A stretch of DNA of 56,294 nucleotides, taken from assembly GCA_017442875.1 (NCBI GenBank), contig JAFSPN010000025.1, positions 1 through 56,294 on the forward strand, given 5' to 3'. Positions 1-8,397 of this stretch are shown here, piece after piece. Made by a program: the position numbers and the translations under genes. A model generated the notes under the pieces. It saw only the letters and a list, made by a program, of their open reading frames with translations, ran no database searches and was not told where the DNA came from. The DNA comes from Bacilli bacterium (GTDB taxonomy: Bacteria; Bacillota_I; Bacilli_A; RFN20; CAG-826). The number at the start of each line of letters is the position of its first letter. Positions within the stretch are counted from its first letter, which is position 1.

Positions 1-488
1 ACAGGATTATAAAGACCTCTTGGTTCAGGACCGTTTTCATAAGTTTGATAGTCCGCTCCATCATCTCTTTTGTTATCAACGATAGACATTTGATAAGTGA
101 TTGAGTCGGATGTGATTAATAAAGAAGTTAACTCACAACTATAATCATGCAAAGCAACTGAAATACCAGTTACAGTAGCAATGGCCACGACTGCAACTGT
201 TGATGCTGCTACTGCTGTTGCAGCAGCTGCAGATGCGGCGCTTGTTGCGGTGGTCGCGCTAGTGGTGACCGTCTGAGTAGCGTGCGTTTGCACTTTATTG
301 ACATAATCAACATTGACCTCAGTGACTTTTTTAATTGTCTTACCAAGATACTTTTCGTTGAGCTCACCTTCTGGTGTTTCGTTATCTTTTTGACTAGAAA
401 ACTCAAATTTTTGAGTTTTTCCATACTCAACTTTTAAAAGTTGTTTGTCGTTAGTCACTTCTATGTTGTTAAATTCATCGCGAATCAT
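1..488 (-). CDS. N-terminal part of a membrane-anchored hypothetical protein; the gene runs off the left edge
   Basis: My own minus-strand translation from the ATG at 486-488 reads MIRDEFNNIEVTNDKQLLKVEYGKTQKFEF...TTSATTATSAASAAAATAVAASTVAVVAIATVTGISVAL... and stays open to position 1. It has an Ala/Thr/Ser-rich linker followed by one hydrophobic helix. The ORF is absent from the supplied track, presumably because it is edge-truncated. No clear SD is present, so the start is uncertain. Confidence 0.4.
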   Translation of the reverse strand, partial: MIRDEFNNIEVTNDKQLLKVEYGKTQKFEFSSQKDNETPEGELNEKYLGKTIKKVTEVNVDYVNKVQTHATQTVTTSATTATSAASAAAATAVAASTVAVVAIATVTGISVALHDYSCELTSLLITSDSITYQMSIVDNKRDDGADYQTYENGPEPRGLYNP

Positions 489-667
489 GAGAAAATTTTA
501 CTCTATTTATAGAGAAAAGATAAGTATTAGCGTAGCAAAAAAGACTGACAATCTTTTGATGCAGTTATGACAGTCCATCGAGTTTTAAAAAACATTTATA
601 AATAACTTTTATAATGGTATATACTTAAAACGAACTTTTACAGATATTTCACATCAGGAGGTTTTGT

Positions 668-2752
668 ATGGCTGAAAAGACCAAAAAAAGCTTTTTTGAA
701 ACGGGGCTTATGCGCTCAAGAATTAAAAGCAGAACCGTTTCGCTTTTCCCTGAAGCTGGATTAGGTTACTTATTAGGACCTATCTTAGCTTTGTTTTGTA
801 ATGGTGTCGTTAACGTTTGGTTAGTCCAATACTGGCACAACGTTATCGGTATGGGTTCATGGGCTCCATGGCTCGAAACCGTTATCCCATTAGTATCTTC
901 GATTATTATTATCGTTGGTAACTTACTAGTCGGTAGATTGATGGAAAGAAAACCATCACTCGCTGGTAAAGCAAGACCATTAATTTTATTAGGCATGCCA
1001 TTAATCGCAGTGGCTTTAGTATTATTATTCGTCTTCCCAGTTCCAGGCGCCGCGGATGAAGAAACAATTCTCCAAGGTCTCATCTCTGGTAATCCATCAA
1101 TGGAAGGTGGCTTATTAGCCTCTATCTTCGCCGCTGTTGGTTATAACTTATACTATGCGTTCGCATGGCCAATGTATTACACATCACATAGCGCGTTAGT
1201 CAACTTATCCACACGTGATGGTAGCAAACGTGGTTTATTAGGCACCGCTGTTATGGCCGCTCAATTAGCCGCTGCTGGTATCTCTGGTATGTTCGGTGGC
1301 GTTATCGTTGACGCATTAGGTTTATTGCCTGTTTATAAATATTCAGAAGCTTATTGCTTAACTCATGGTACTGCTCTCAAAGAACAAGGTGCCTTAGGTT
1401 GGCAAACATGGGTAAAGCTTGATGCTGAAACCGGCATTTTAACTCCAAAGACTGTTACCACTAACGACTTCTCCAAAGTCAGTGGTTTAGATCAAACATC
1501 ATACTCCATTGAAATCTCTCGTGCTGAAGCTAACCAAAAATGGTTCGTTCTCATGATTGTTATGATCGCTGCTTTGGTTGTTGGCTGTTTATTAGAATAT
1601 TTCTTCACACGTGAACGTATCACAGAAGAAAATATCAAAAACGCTGAAAGCAGAGGCGAACAAGAAAATGTTAAGAAAGCCACAATGGGCGAACAAGCTA
1701 AGGTTTGTATGAAAGACAAATACTGGTGGATGCTCATGGCCTTCTGGTTCTTGTATCAATTCGGTGGCATGATGAAGAACAACGCAATGTCATTCTTCTC
1801 ACAAGCCTATACCGGTCAAGTTTCATTATCTTCATTTATTAATACTGTCGGTGCTGTTCCAACAGCGTTAGGTATGGTTATTGTCTGGCCACTTGCGGCC
1901 AAACTAACTAAAGCTAAAGCGATTAGTGTCGGTGGCGTACTTGCCGCATTAGGCGCATCCTTAGCCTTCTCTTGCTTAGCGTTTGTTGGTAACGAAGGCG
2001 CGGTCACAGGTATTTCCATTGCTTCCTTCTGTATTAAAGCAATCGGCACCGCTCCTGCGATGTATATCTCCTTAGCTTTAATGGCTAACGTCTTAGATCA
2101 CCAAGAAGCAGTCCATGGTATCCGTACCGATGGTTTCTCAATGGCAGTTTATGGTTCCATCATGGTCGCTATGAGTGGTATTTGTAACGGTATCATCGTC
2201 GGTTTAGACAACGCTATTACAGGCGATGCTGCCAAACAATTCTTACACACATTCTTAGCGTTCGGTGTTGAAGGCGTCTGCTACGTCATCATCGCTATCA
2301 TGTTCTTATTCATGGGCGTTGAAAGATTTACCAACGTTGACAACAAAGCCATTATCGCTGACCAAAAAGCTGAAGTTTTAGCGGCTAATGGTAACTGGGT
2401 TGAACCAGATGAAAGATTAAGGCTCGAAGAAGAAGAGAACAATCGTTTAGTTGAAGAAGCTAGAGTCGCAGAATTAAAAGAAAAATGCGAAAAGAAAGGT
2501 CTTAACTTCGAAGAAGAAAACGCTAAGTTCTTAGAAAAGAAAGCGGAAGCAGATAAGAAAGCGGCTGATAAGAAAGCGGCTCAAGATGCTAAGAAACAAG
2601 CTAAACTTGATGCGATGAGCGCTGAACAAAAAGCAGCAGCGGAAAAGAAAGCCGAAGAGCTTAAAGCTAAACAAGCTGAAAAAGACGCTCAAGCTTTAGA
2701 AGAACTTAATAAGATTAGAGAAAAATTCAATAGGCCTGCTGTTGAAGCCTAA
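668..2752 (+). CDS. GPH/MFS-type cation:solute symporter-like transporter with a charged C-terminal tail of about 130 aa
   Basis: AGGAGG lies 7 nt upstream of the ATG. The protein has about 12 hydrophobic helices. The loop motif GRLMERKPSLAGKARPLILLG resembles the GPH/MFS D-R-x-x-x-R-x-G-K-x-R-P signature. A K/E/A-rich coiled-coil-like tail starts at about aa 560. Confidence 0.65.
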   Translation: MAEKTKKSFFETGLMRSRIKSRTVSLFPEAGLGYLLGPILALFCNGVVNVWLVQYWHNVIGMGSWAPWLETVIPLVSSIIIIVGNLLVGRLMERKPSLAGKARPLILLGMPLIAVALVLLFVFPVPGAADEETILQGLISGNPSMEGGLLASIFAAVGYNLYYAFAWPMYYTSHSALVNLSTRDGSKRGLLGTAVMAAQLAAAGISGMFGGVIVDALGLLPVYKYSEAYCLTHGTALKEQGALGWQTWVKLDAETGILTPKTVTTNDFSKVSGLDQTSYSIEISRAEANQKWFVLMIVMIAALVVGCLLEYFFTRERITEENIKNAESRGEQENVKKATMGEQAKVCMKDKYWWMLMAFWFLYQFGGMMKNNAMSFFSQAYTGQVSLSSFINTVGAVPTALGMVIVWPLAAKLTKAKAISVGGVLAALGASLAFSCLAFVGNEGAVTGISIASFCIKAIGTAPAMYISLALMANVLDHQEAVHGIRTDGFSMAVYGSIMVAMSGICNGIIVGLDNAITGDAAKQFLHTFLAFGVEGVCYVIIAIMFLFMGVERFTNVDNKAIIADQKAEVLAANGNWVEPDERLRLEEEENNRLVEEARVAELKEKCEKKGLNFEEENAKFLEKKAEADKKAADKKAAQDAKKQAKLDAMSAEQKAAAEKKAEELKAKQAEKDAQALEELNKIREKFNRPAVEA

Positions 2753-2772
2753 TCAAAATAAAACATACTAAG

Positions 2773-2800
2773 AGAGTGGCTTCGCGCCACTCTTTTTCTT
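2773..2800. terminator. bidirectional intrinsic terminator between convergent genes
   Basis: AGAGTGGC-ttcgc-GCCACTCT forms a perfect 8-bp stem and is followed by TTTTTCTT. Confidence 0.75.
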
Positions 2801-4844
2801 ATTCTTCTTCAGGTTTTTTCATTATCTTTAGGCGATAAACCAAACCAAATACACCACCAGAGACCAAAAGGAATAAACCGATATAGAATAATGGTCTAGT
2901 TGCTTGATATTGTGTTGACCCTTTGAAACTAATAGAAACATCATATGTGCCTTTCTTTAATTCAAAAGCCACTAGGCCATCGACGTTTTTAGCTTCGCCT
3001 AAATAAGTGGCACCACTATAAATGTAATAACCTTTGTAATAAAACTGTGGTAACTGCACTAAAGCGATATCGCTTGTAATATCAGCGTGGAATTTATTGT
3101 TAGGAGAATTATATTCATAGATTTGCAAAGATCCACTGCCTTCTAAGAAAGCTGGTTCATAATAATCTTCTATGGAATAAATAAAATTTGCGTGGCTATT
3201 AAGAGCGCTTCTCACTTTTGAATGCAAAGAGTTTGGATAAGACGGTTCAAAATCTTCTCTTTCGAATATTTGTGGCACCATTTCATTTTGTACGCCGGAA
3301 TACCTAATCTTTTTAGCGTATTCATAGCCATCATTAACAATAACGCTTTCGGGTTTTACTTCGTAATAGATTCTCTTTTCTAATGTGCCCATGGTAACGG
3401 TCATAACAAAGCAAGCCGCGACTGCGGTTCCGATTAAAGCAAAACTCTTAGCCTTGAAACGAGAAAGAAGTAGCGCCACAAGCATCGCCACTAAAAACGC
3501 CGTAATGCTCCACATTCTCCAGGCAAATTGGCCTTTATATAATATGGATGGGACATAGTACCAAGAAGTTGGTACGAAAATAAGAATGATACAAATAATA
3601 ATGGAAATAGTGAGGAAATATAAATCAACATTCTTATATAAAGGAATATTTTCTTCGTTTTGGCTTGGTAATTTCTTAATTAAGAAAGAAATAAAGAAAT
3701 AAAGGATCAAAGATATAGCAATCGCTAAATAGATTTCTATTCTCACTTGGAAAATAAGCGGGAAGACAAAAGCCGCTAACGTAGCAGCGGGATGACGGTA
3801 GTATTTACTATATTTAAGTGGTTTTAATAAGTAATCCACTAAAATTGCACCAATCATCGCTACGAAATATAAACCTGCACTAAATAATAGAGACGAAACG
3901 TTTTCATTGTTCCACCAGTCAGCGCCTTGACTGTTAAAAATATGGATGAGATTAAGAAAACCACTGAAATTATATGATCTTGATGTTTCAGAGGCCATAT
4001 GTTCATAGGTCGTCCACTGCCTTACATCGTCAGAAACGTTATAGTAATTTAAGCCATCATAGTAATAAGTATTACTGACATAGAAGAGCACTAAAAAGAC
4101 TGTGATAATCAATGATGCACCTAAAGAGATAAATGCTTTGTAGTTTTTACGGTTATCATAGATAGTTTTAACATTACATATGACATATAAACCACCAAAA
4201 ATAGCGGTTATAAGACCCGTAAATGGGTGAGATAACACAATTAACGCTGCACCAAGAGAAAAGGCCACATATGGTTCAACTCGATAATCTTTATCGTGTA
4301 AGAAACTATAAGCACCATAGAACACCATCGGAATTAATGCCATAGCGACGCTTTCAGCGAACGCACATCTCGCTAAGGCACAGAATATACGATATGGAAG
4401 GAAAATGAATAAGACCGCGGAAATAAGAGCTACCACTTGATGACCTTTAGACATTTTAAGGGCGAGTTTATACATGTAAATGCCACCTAAAATGCCACTG
4501 GCAAAAACCATGAACTTAAGGCCCACTAATGGAGTAGCGCCAGCCCAGCTAAATAAAACAACAAATAATCCTGCTCCATAATGGGTAACTGGTCCATAAA
4601 AACCAAAATTATATAAAGCAAAGCCACCCATAAACAAATGATTTGTGGATAAACCAAAATAGCCATGTCTAATGCCATAGACGACATCATTAACCATACT
4701 TAAATGGAACGCGACATCATCTCCACCCGCTAAACCAGGAAGAAAATAAACATAGCAAGACAATAATGCTGCGATAGTAACGACAACATACGGGAAGTAC
4801 TTTTTAAAAATGTTAAGAAGTCTTTCTTTGGTCATGGTGAACAT
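2799..4844 (-). CDS. polytopic membrane protein, GT-C-fold glycosyltransferase-like (YfhO/ArnT/PMT-like)
   Basis: The protein has more than 12 predicted TM helices, an acidic GGDD motif in the first external loop, a soluble domain of about 190 aa near the C-terminus, and a final TM helix. The family assignment rests on architecture only. Confidence 0.45.
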   Translation of the reverse strand: MFTMTKERLLNIFKKYFPYVVVTIAALLSCYVYFLPGLAGGDDVAFHLSMVNDVVYGIRHGYFGLSTNHLFMGGFALYNFGFYGPVTHYGAGLFVVLFSWAGATPLVGLKFMVFASGILGGIYMYKLALKMSKGHQVVALISAVLFIFLPYRIFCALARCAFAESVAMALIPMVFYGAYSFLHDKDYRVEPYVAFSLGAALIVLSHPFTGLITAIFGGLYVICNVKTIYDNRKNYKAFISLGASLIITVFLVLFYVSNTYYYDGLNYYNVSDDVRQWTTYEHMASETSRSYNFSGFLNLIHIFNSQGADWWNNENVSSLLFSAGLYFVAMIGAILVDYLLKPLKYSKYYRHPAATLAAFVFPLIFQVRIEIYLAIAISLILYFFISFLIKKLPSQNEENIPLYKNVDLYFLTISIIICIILIFVPTSWYYVPSILYKGQFAWRMWSITAFLVAMLVALLLSRFKAKSFALIGTAVAACFVMTVTMGTLEKRIYYEVKPESVIVNDGYEYAKKIRYSGVQNEMVPQIFEREDFEPSYPNSLHSKVRSALNSHANFIYSIEDYYEPAFLEGSGSLQIYEYNSPNNKFHADITSDIALVQLPQFYYKGYYIYSGATYLGEAKNVDGLVAFELKKGTYDVSISFKGSTQYQATRPLFYIGLFLLVSGGVFGLVYRLKIMKKPEEE

Positions 4845-4885
4845 ATCATAGCACTATAAAAACATCATGAACAACGTAAGATGTT

Positions 4886-5827
4886 TTATTTAAGAAAATC
4901 CGCTACTACCTTGATATAACGATCAGCGTCAGTTAGATATGATGAGCCGTGATTAGCGCCTTTAAATAATTCATATTGGATTTTATCTGGATAGGTTTCG
5001 TATAGTTTTTGGCTAATATGATGAGGCACAACCTGATCACTGTCACCATGGACAATTAATATCTTATTTTTTGTGTTTTTAACAGAGTCATAGGCTGATA
5101 CTTTATTGAGATTGGTATGACCATATATTATCGAAGATAAATTGACTAGTGGATAAAAGAACTTTGGCGATAACTTAATGGCTTTAAGCGTCTCTTGTAA
5201 GATGATTCTTGGGCTTGAATAAGGACAATCCACTAATAATTTCATATTCTCGACTTTATCAGCGGCTAATAAAACAGTGGCACCACCCATTGAAATACCG
5301 ACGAGAATGTATTCATAGTCTTCACCAAATCTATTTTTAGCGTAATCTACCCACGATACTAAGTCTTTTGACTCTCTAACACCAAAGGTGATGGAATGAC
5401 CTTGGCTCAGTCCGTGAGCGCGATGGTCAACCGTAATAATCGAATAGCCTAAATCCATGAATATTTTTGAAGCCGCACAAAAATCACGATAAGTTGTGCC
5501 GCGATATCCATGGAACATAAGAGCGACTTTTTTAGAGCCCTTAACTTCAAAATAACGGGCATGAAGTTTTAACTTATCAAACGATTCAATATATAAATCT
5601 TCAAATGGTCTCTTTTTAAAAGCGTCAATCATTGGAATAAGTCTTTCCTTATACGGACCAAAAATTGGCCCATCAAGGTCTGTATAATCATCCAATTGTC
5701 CTTTTTTTGGAGAATAGAAAGAGAAGCGATATAGTAAATATAACGCCAAGAAAAATAGGATGGTGAACAATAATAAGACGCTACCAATGACAATTAAAGC
5801 TATCAACATGTTTTTATTATAAAACAT
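4886..5827 (-). CDS. membrane-anchored alpha/beta-fold serine hydrolase
   Basis: It has an N-terminal TM helix, the nucleophile elbow GISMGG (G-x-S-x-G), a later HGDSDQVVP (Asp) and ANHGSS (His), which together fit a catalytic triad. Confidence 0.8.
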   Translation of the reverse strand: MFYNKNMLIALIVIGSVLLLFTILFFLALYLLYRFSFYSPKKGQLDDYTDLDGPIFGPYKERLIPMIDAFKKRPFEDLYIESFDKLKLHARYFEVKGSKKVALMFHGYRGTTYRDFCAASKIFMDLGYSIITVDHRAHGLSQGHSITFGVRESKDLVSWVDYAKNRFGEDYEYILVGISMGGATVLLAADKVENMKLLVDCPYSSPRIILQETLKAIKLSPKFFYPLVNLSSIIYGHTNLNKVSAYDSVKNTKNKILIVHGDSDQVVPHHISQKLYETYPDKIQYELFKGANHGSSYLTDADRYIKVVADFLK

Positions 5828-5952
5828 TATTTAAAAAATATTGAAATAACTATTGACTATTAATAAAAAAGGACTAATATAATGTATTCCTAATCGGAAT
5901 ACCTCGTCCCAAGCACGACGTTAAAAGGCTATAGAAAAGAGGTATTCTGATT

Positions 5953-6174
5953 ATGAATAAGTACACATTGGAAGCCATTGTAGACGGTGAGTACATCAAA
6001 TTCAACCGCCTCTTCGCAAGTAGAGATGCGGCAATCGATTATATCTTCCGTTACTACGACAATCACTATCTCGTGAACTTAGCCGTCAATGAAGAATATT
6101 GCATTGATGGAAACAAACACGATATCGCTTATGTCTATGATTACTACAATCGCTTCAGAATCGCTAGAGCATAA
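5953..6174 (+). CDS. small hypothetical protein (73 aa)
   Basis: An AAGAGG-like SD lies upstream and the terminator hairpin follows directly. No recognisable motif. Confidence 0.4.
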   Translation: MNKYTLEAIVDGEYIKFNRLFASRDAAIDYIFRYYDNHYLVNLAVNEEYCIDGNKHDIAYVYDYYNRFRIARA

Positions 6175-6192
6175 TGCTCTTATCAAGAAATA

Positions 6193-6230
6193 ACGACCAC
6201 ATGCATTAATTTGAGGTGGTCGTTTTATTT
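6193..6230. terminator. bidirectional intrinsic terminator
   Basis: ACGACCAC...GTGGTCGT forms an 8-bp stem with a T-run on the plus side and an A-run on the other side. It overlaps the stop codon of the minus-strand acyltransferase gene. Confidence 0.7.
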
Positions 6231-7049
6231 ATCTATTCTTTTTGAATTATTGAATATCGGTGGGTATGGATTTTCTTTCGGATCGACATCTGCAAGATGA
6301 CAAACAGCGTTATGAACGCGTGTTGTTAAATCGATTCTTTGCTCTTGTTCTGAGAGATTATCATCTTTTAAGATTGGTTCGCCCACTACCAAAGTGATGG
6401 CAACTTCTTGCCTCATAATATGTTTTCTAAACCAACTTGGTTTCCTAAAGGAAAAACCAAATGGTAGTATCGGTTTATTGGTGCGGCACGCTAAAGAAGC
6501 AGCGCCTAGTTTAAATGGACGAATATATGGGTAGCATTCCCACATACTGCCTTCTGCATATATTTGTAAGAATTCGCCTCTAGCAAGGGAATCTTCAATT
6601 GCTTTATTAAACGCTACTTTGCCAGCCAAATCACCATCAGGAATTGGAATTCCGCCCACCATTCTTACTAACGGTCCGTTTTCGCCTCTCACATTAGGGG
6701 CCCACACAATAACATGTGGCTTCCTTGGTCTAATGGCCTTCATGATGGCGATATAGTCCCACATATGAATATGATTACTAACTGTAATAGCCCCTTCTTT
6801 TAATTGATCTTTATATTTCTTAAGATTCTTTCTATTTTGGATTCTTAAACCCATATATAAAGGACACATTGGGAAAACAATGAGGTTTAATAATAAGCGT
6901 ACCCACCACTGTTTAAATCTAAAGCCTTTAGAACGATCAATATATGGATAATTTTCATCAAAAACTGCACCATTATTCTTTTTAACAACTAGATAATGAG
7001 CGTCAGTATTTTCTGGATAATTGTATTTAGTACTATGTGGGTCAAACAT
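6225..7049 (-). CDS. lysophospholipid (1-acyl-sn-glycerol-3-phosphate) acyltransferase family protein
   Basis: It carries the H-x4-D acyltransferase motif (NHIHMWD), an EGS block (YAEGSMW), and one TM helix near the N-terminus. Confidence 0.75.
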   Translation of the reverse strand: MFDPHSTKYNYPENTDAHYLVVKKNNGAVFDENYPYIDRSKGFRFKQWWVRLLLNLIVFPMCPLYMGLRIQNRKNLKKYKDQLKEGAITVSNHIHMWDYIAIMKAIRPRKPHVIVWAPNVRGENGPLVRMVGGIPIPDGDLAGKVAFNKAIEDSLARGEFLQIYAEGSMWECYPYIRPFKLGAASLACRTNKPILPFGFSFRKPSWFRKHIMRQEVAITLVVGEPILKDDNLSEQEQRIDLTTRVHNAVCHLADVDPKENPYPPIFNNSKRIDK

Positions 7050-7081
7050 GTCTCAATAATATTAACATATTCACAAATAAC

Positions 7082-7114
7082 AAAAAAGAAGCGGACAATT
7101 CCGCTTCCTTTTTT
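7082..7114. terminator. intrinsic terminator closing the minus-strand ncRNA candidate
   Basis: GAAGCGGA-caat-TCCGCTTC forms a perfect 8-bp stem flanked by A6 and T6. It lies upstream of the acyltransferase start, so it can only terminate a transcript arriving from the right on the minus strand. Confidence 0.75.
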
Positions 7115-8140
7115 GTAACCGTGGTACCCGAATTATAAGGGCGAGCCTTATCGATACCCGAGTTAAGCTGCATTCGCTGGTGATGCTTCTTTCTTACAAT
7201 GCGTTTTGAACTGAGTAGCGCATTGATGGCCAGCTTTCCTAAGTTATTTGCTTTAGGACTGTTACCCTCTTCGTCATGTCCGGTGCCGGATTTACTCTGC
7301 CAAGCTTTAACGCAGATGCCGGTGGCTATTGCTAGCCAGGTGGGGTCGTACCGATTACTGCTATTTCTAACAGCCGTTGCTAGTGCAACCAGTTAACTGT
7401 GGCTCTTTAATCCTCAGATGCTCCCGTGTCAGTTTAGAGGAGCTGGTTGACTGATCTAGTCTTAAGTTCTTTAGGCCATTTCTTCGCGGAATTTCCATTC
7501 TGGGTTCTTCCGTTATCTCCACACTTTGAGTTGAGTAATGTGGATTAGGCTTTTCCGTTATGTTTTGCATAACAGGATGCTTGTTTTTCCCTCTTCGTCT
7601 TTGTGTCCGGCGGAAGTCTTACGCTGTCAAACTCTAATTCAGCGGCTTCTGAAACAGTGAGGTTTGCCGTTTGGATTTCCCGAAGGATTTCCAGCCTTTT
7701 GCGATCATTGACTGGGAACTTTAATCCCAGAGCCTTACTATCAACGTCGTTTTAGTGGTGATCGTCTTACTTTTAAGGCTAAGTTTTCGCCCATTTGCTA
7801 TCTGTGCCATTACTGACCAGGTAACTTATTTCAGGTTTTGAGTTGCTTTAGCCTGAATGTGGGGGGTTGATGGGTAATTGGCCTTCATCATCCTCTTCGA
7901 TCGTGTCGGGCGGTGGATTTACGCTGTCAAACTCTAATTCAGCAACCACTGTAGCAGGGAGGATTCGCCTTGGTTGAATTGCTTCAACCTGCCAGTGCAA
8001 TCATTGATCTAGGCTTTTTCTTTAATCCTAGAAGACGCGTTATCAACTTAGCTTCCTACGCTGATTGTCTTACCTGGTCTTGAGATACTAAGAATCTATC
8101 AATTCTTAGTTTCTCACTCACTCGGTTTCCCGGGTGGGTT
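7085..8140 (-). ncRNA. candidate large structured ncRNA (about 1.05 kb) built from three tandem homologous modules of about 300 nt; class unassigned (GOLLD/ROOL/OLE-like size class)
   Basis: The region is ORF-free apart from two SD-less overlapping 65-67 aa ORFs and is visibly more G+C-rich than its flanks. It is bounded by a promoter-like site and a terminator. On the minus strand it has many tetraloop-capped hairpins: GGUUGAA-GCAA-UUCAACC (7972-7989), GGCUA-GCAA-UAGCC (7324-7337), CUGUUA-GAAA-UAGCAG (7358-7373), a UUCG-capped stem (7673-7692) and a 9-bp stem (8087-8110). An exact 25-nt repeat occurs at 7619-7643 and 7919-7943. Stem changes between modules are compensatory. Confidence 0.55.
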
Positions 8141-8176
8141 TCTATAGTATGCCACAAAATAAAATATTAATGCAAC
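8141..8176 (-). promoter_or_regulatory. putative sigma-70-type promoter of the ncRNA candidate
   Basis: The minus strand reads TTGCAT (8170-8175), an 18-nt spacer, then TGgCATACT (-10 at 8146-8151). Confidence 0.35.
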
Positions 8177-8349
8177 ACTTTTTTTAATTTTTTTCATTTT
8201 TTTATAAAATATTTTTCTAAATAACATAGTTATTTAAATTTTTAATATTTTTTTAAATATTTATTAATTAATTGTTTTTATAGGAAAAATAAGTCATTTT
8301 TTATCGAAATTTTAATTATTTTTATTTTTGCCCATTTTATATATACGCA

Positions 8350-8372
8350 TAAACGTGCCCGTATGGACACGC
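8350..8372 (-). terminator. probable terminator of the ABC exporter operon
   Basis: The minus strand reads CGTGTCC-atac-GGGCACG, a 7-bp stem with one G.U pair, followed by a T-rich tract. Confidence 0.45.
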
Positions 8373-8397
8373 TCGCTCGCTTTCTTTTATATATTAA

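Noticed and set aside
209-430. Track ORF of 73 aa on the minus strand.
   Set aside because: It is out of frame with, and fully inside, the longer edge-truncated ORF that starts at 488. It has a TTG start, no SD and a low-complexity Gln/Leu tail.
7199-7570. Two track ORFs (7199-7396 on the plus strand, 65 aa; 7367-7570 on the minus strand, 67 aa) inside the G+C-rich region.
   Set aside because: They have no SD, overlap each other on opposite strands, and have Ser/Leu/Pro/Arg-rich compositions typical of random frames in G+C-richer structured RNA. The region is better explained as ncRNA.
7265-7951. Three repeated sequence blocks, which might suggest a CRISPR array or tandem satellite.
   Set aside because: The repeat period is about 300 nt and the units are diverged. 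There are no short identical repeats alternating with unique spacers and no cas genes. Differences between units are compensatory in stems, which points to RNA structure.
8160-8345. An extremely AT-rich low-complexity intergenic stretch that shares strings (AAATTTTTAATA, TTTTTTAATATTT) with the AT-rich leader at about 43255-43520. It might be a dispersed repeat or a mobile-element end.
   Set aside because: The similarity is confined to short A/T homopolymer-like words expected by chance in DNA that is over 85 percent A+T. I could trace no extended alignment, terminal inverted repeats or target-site duplication.
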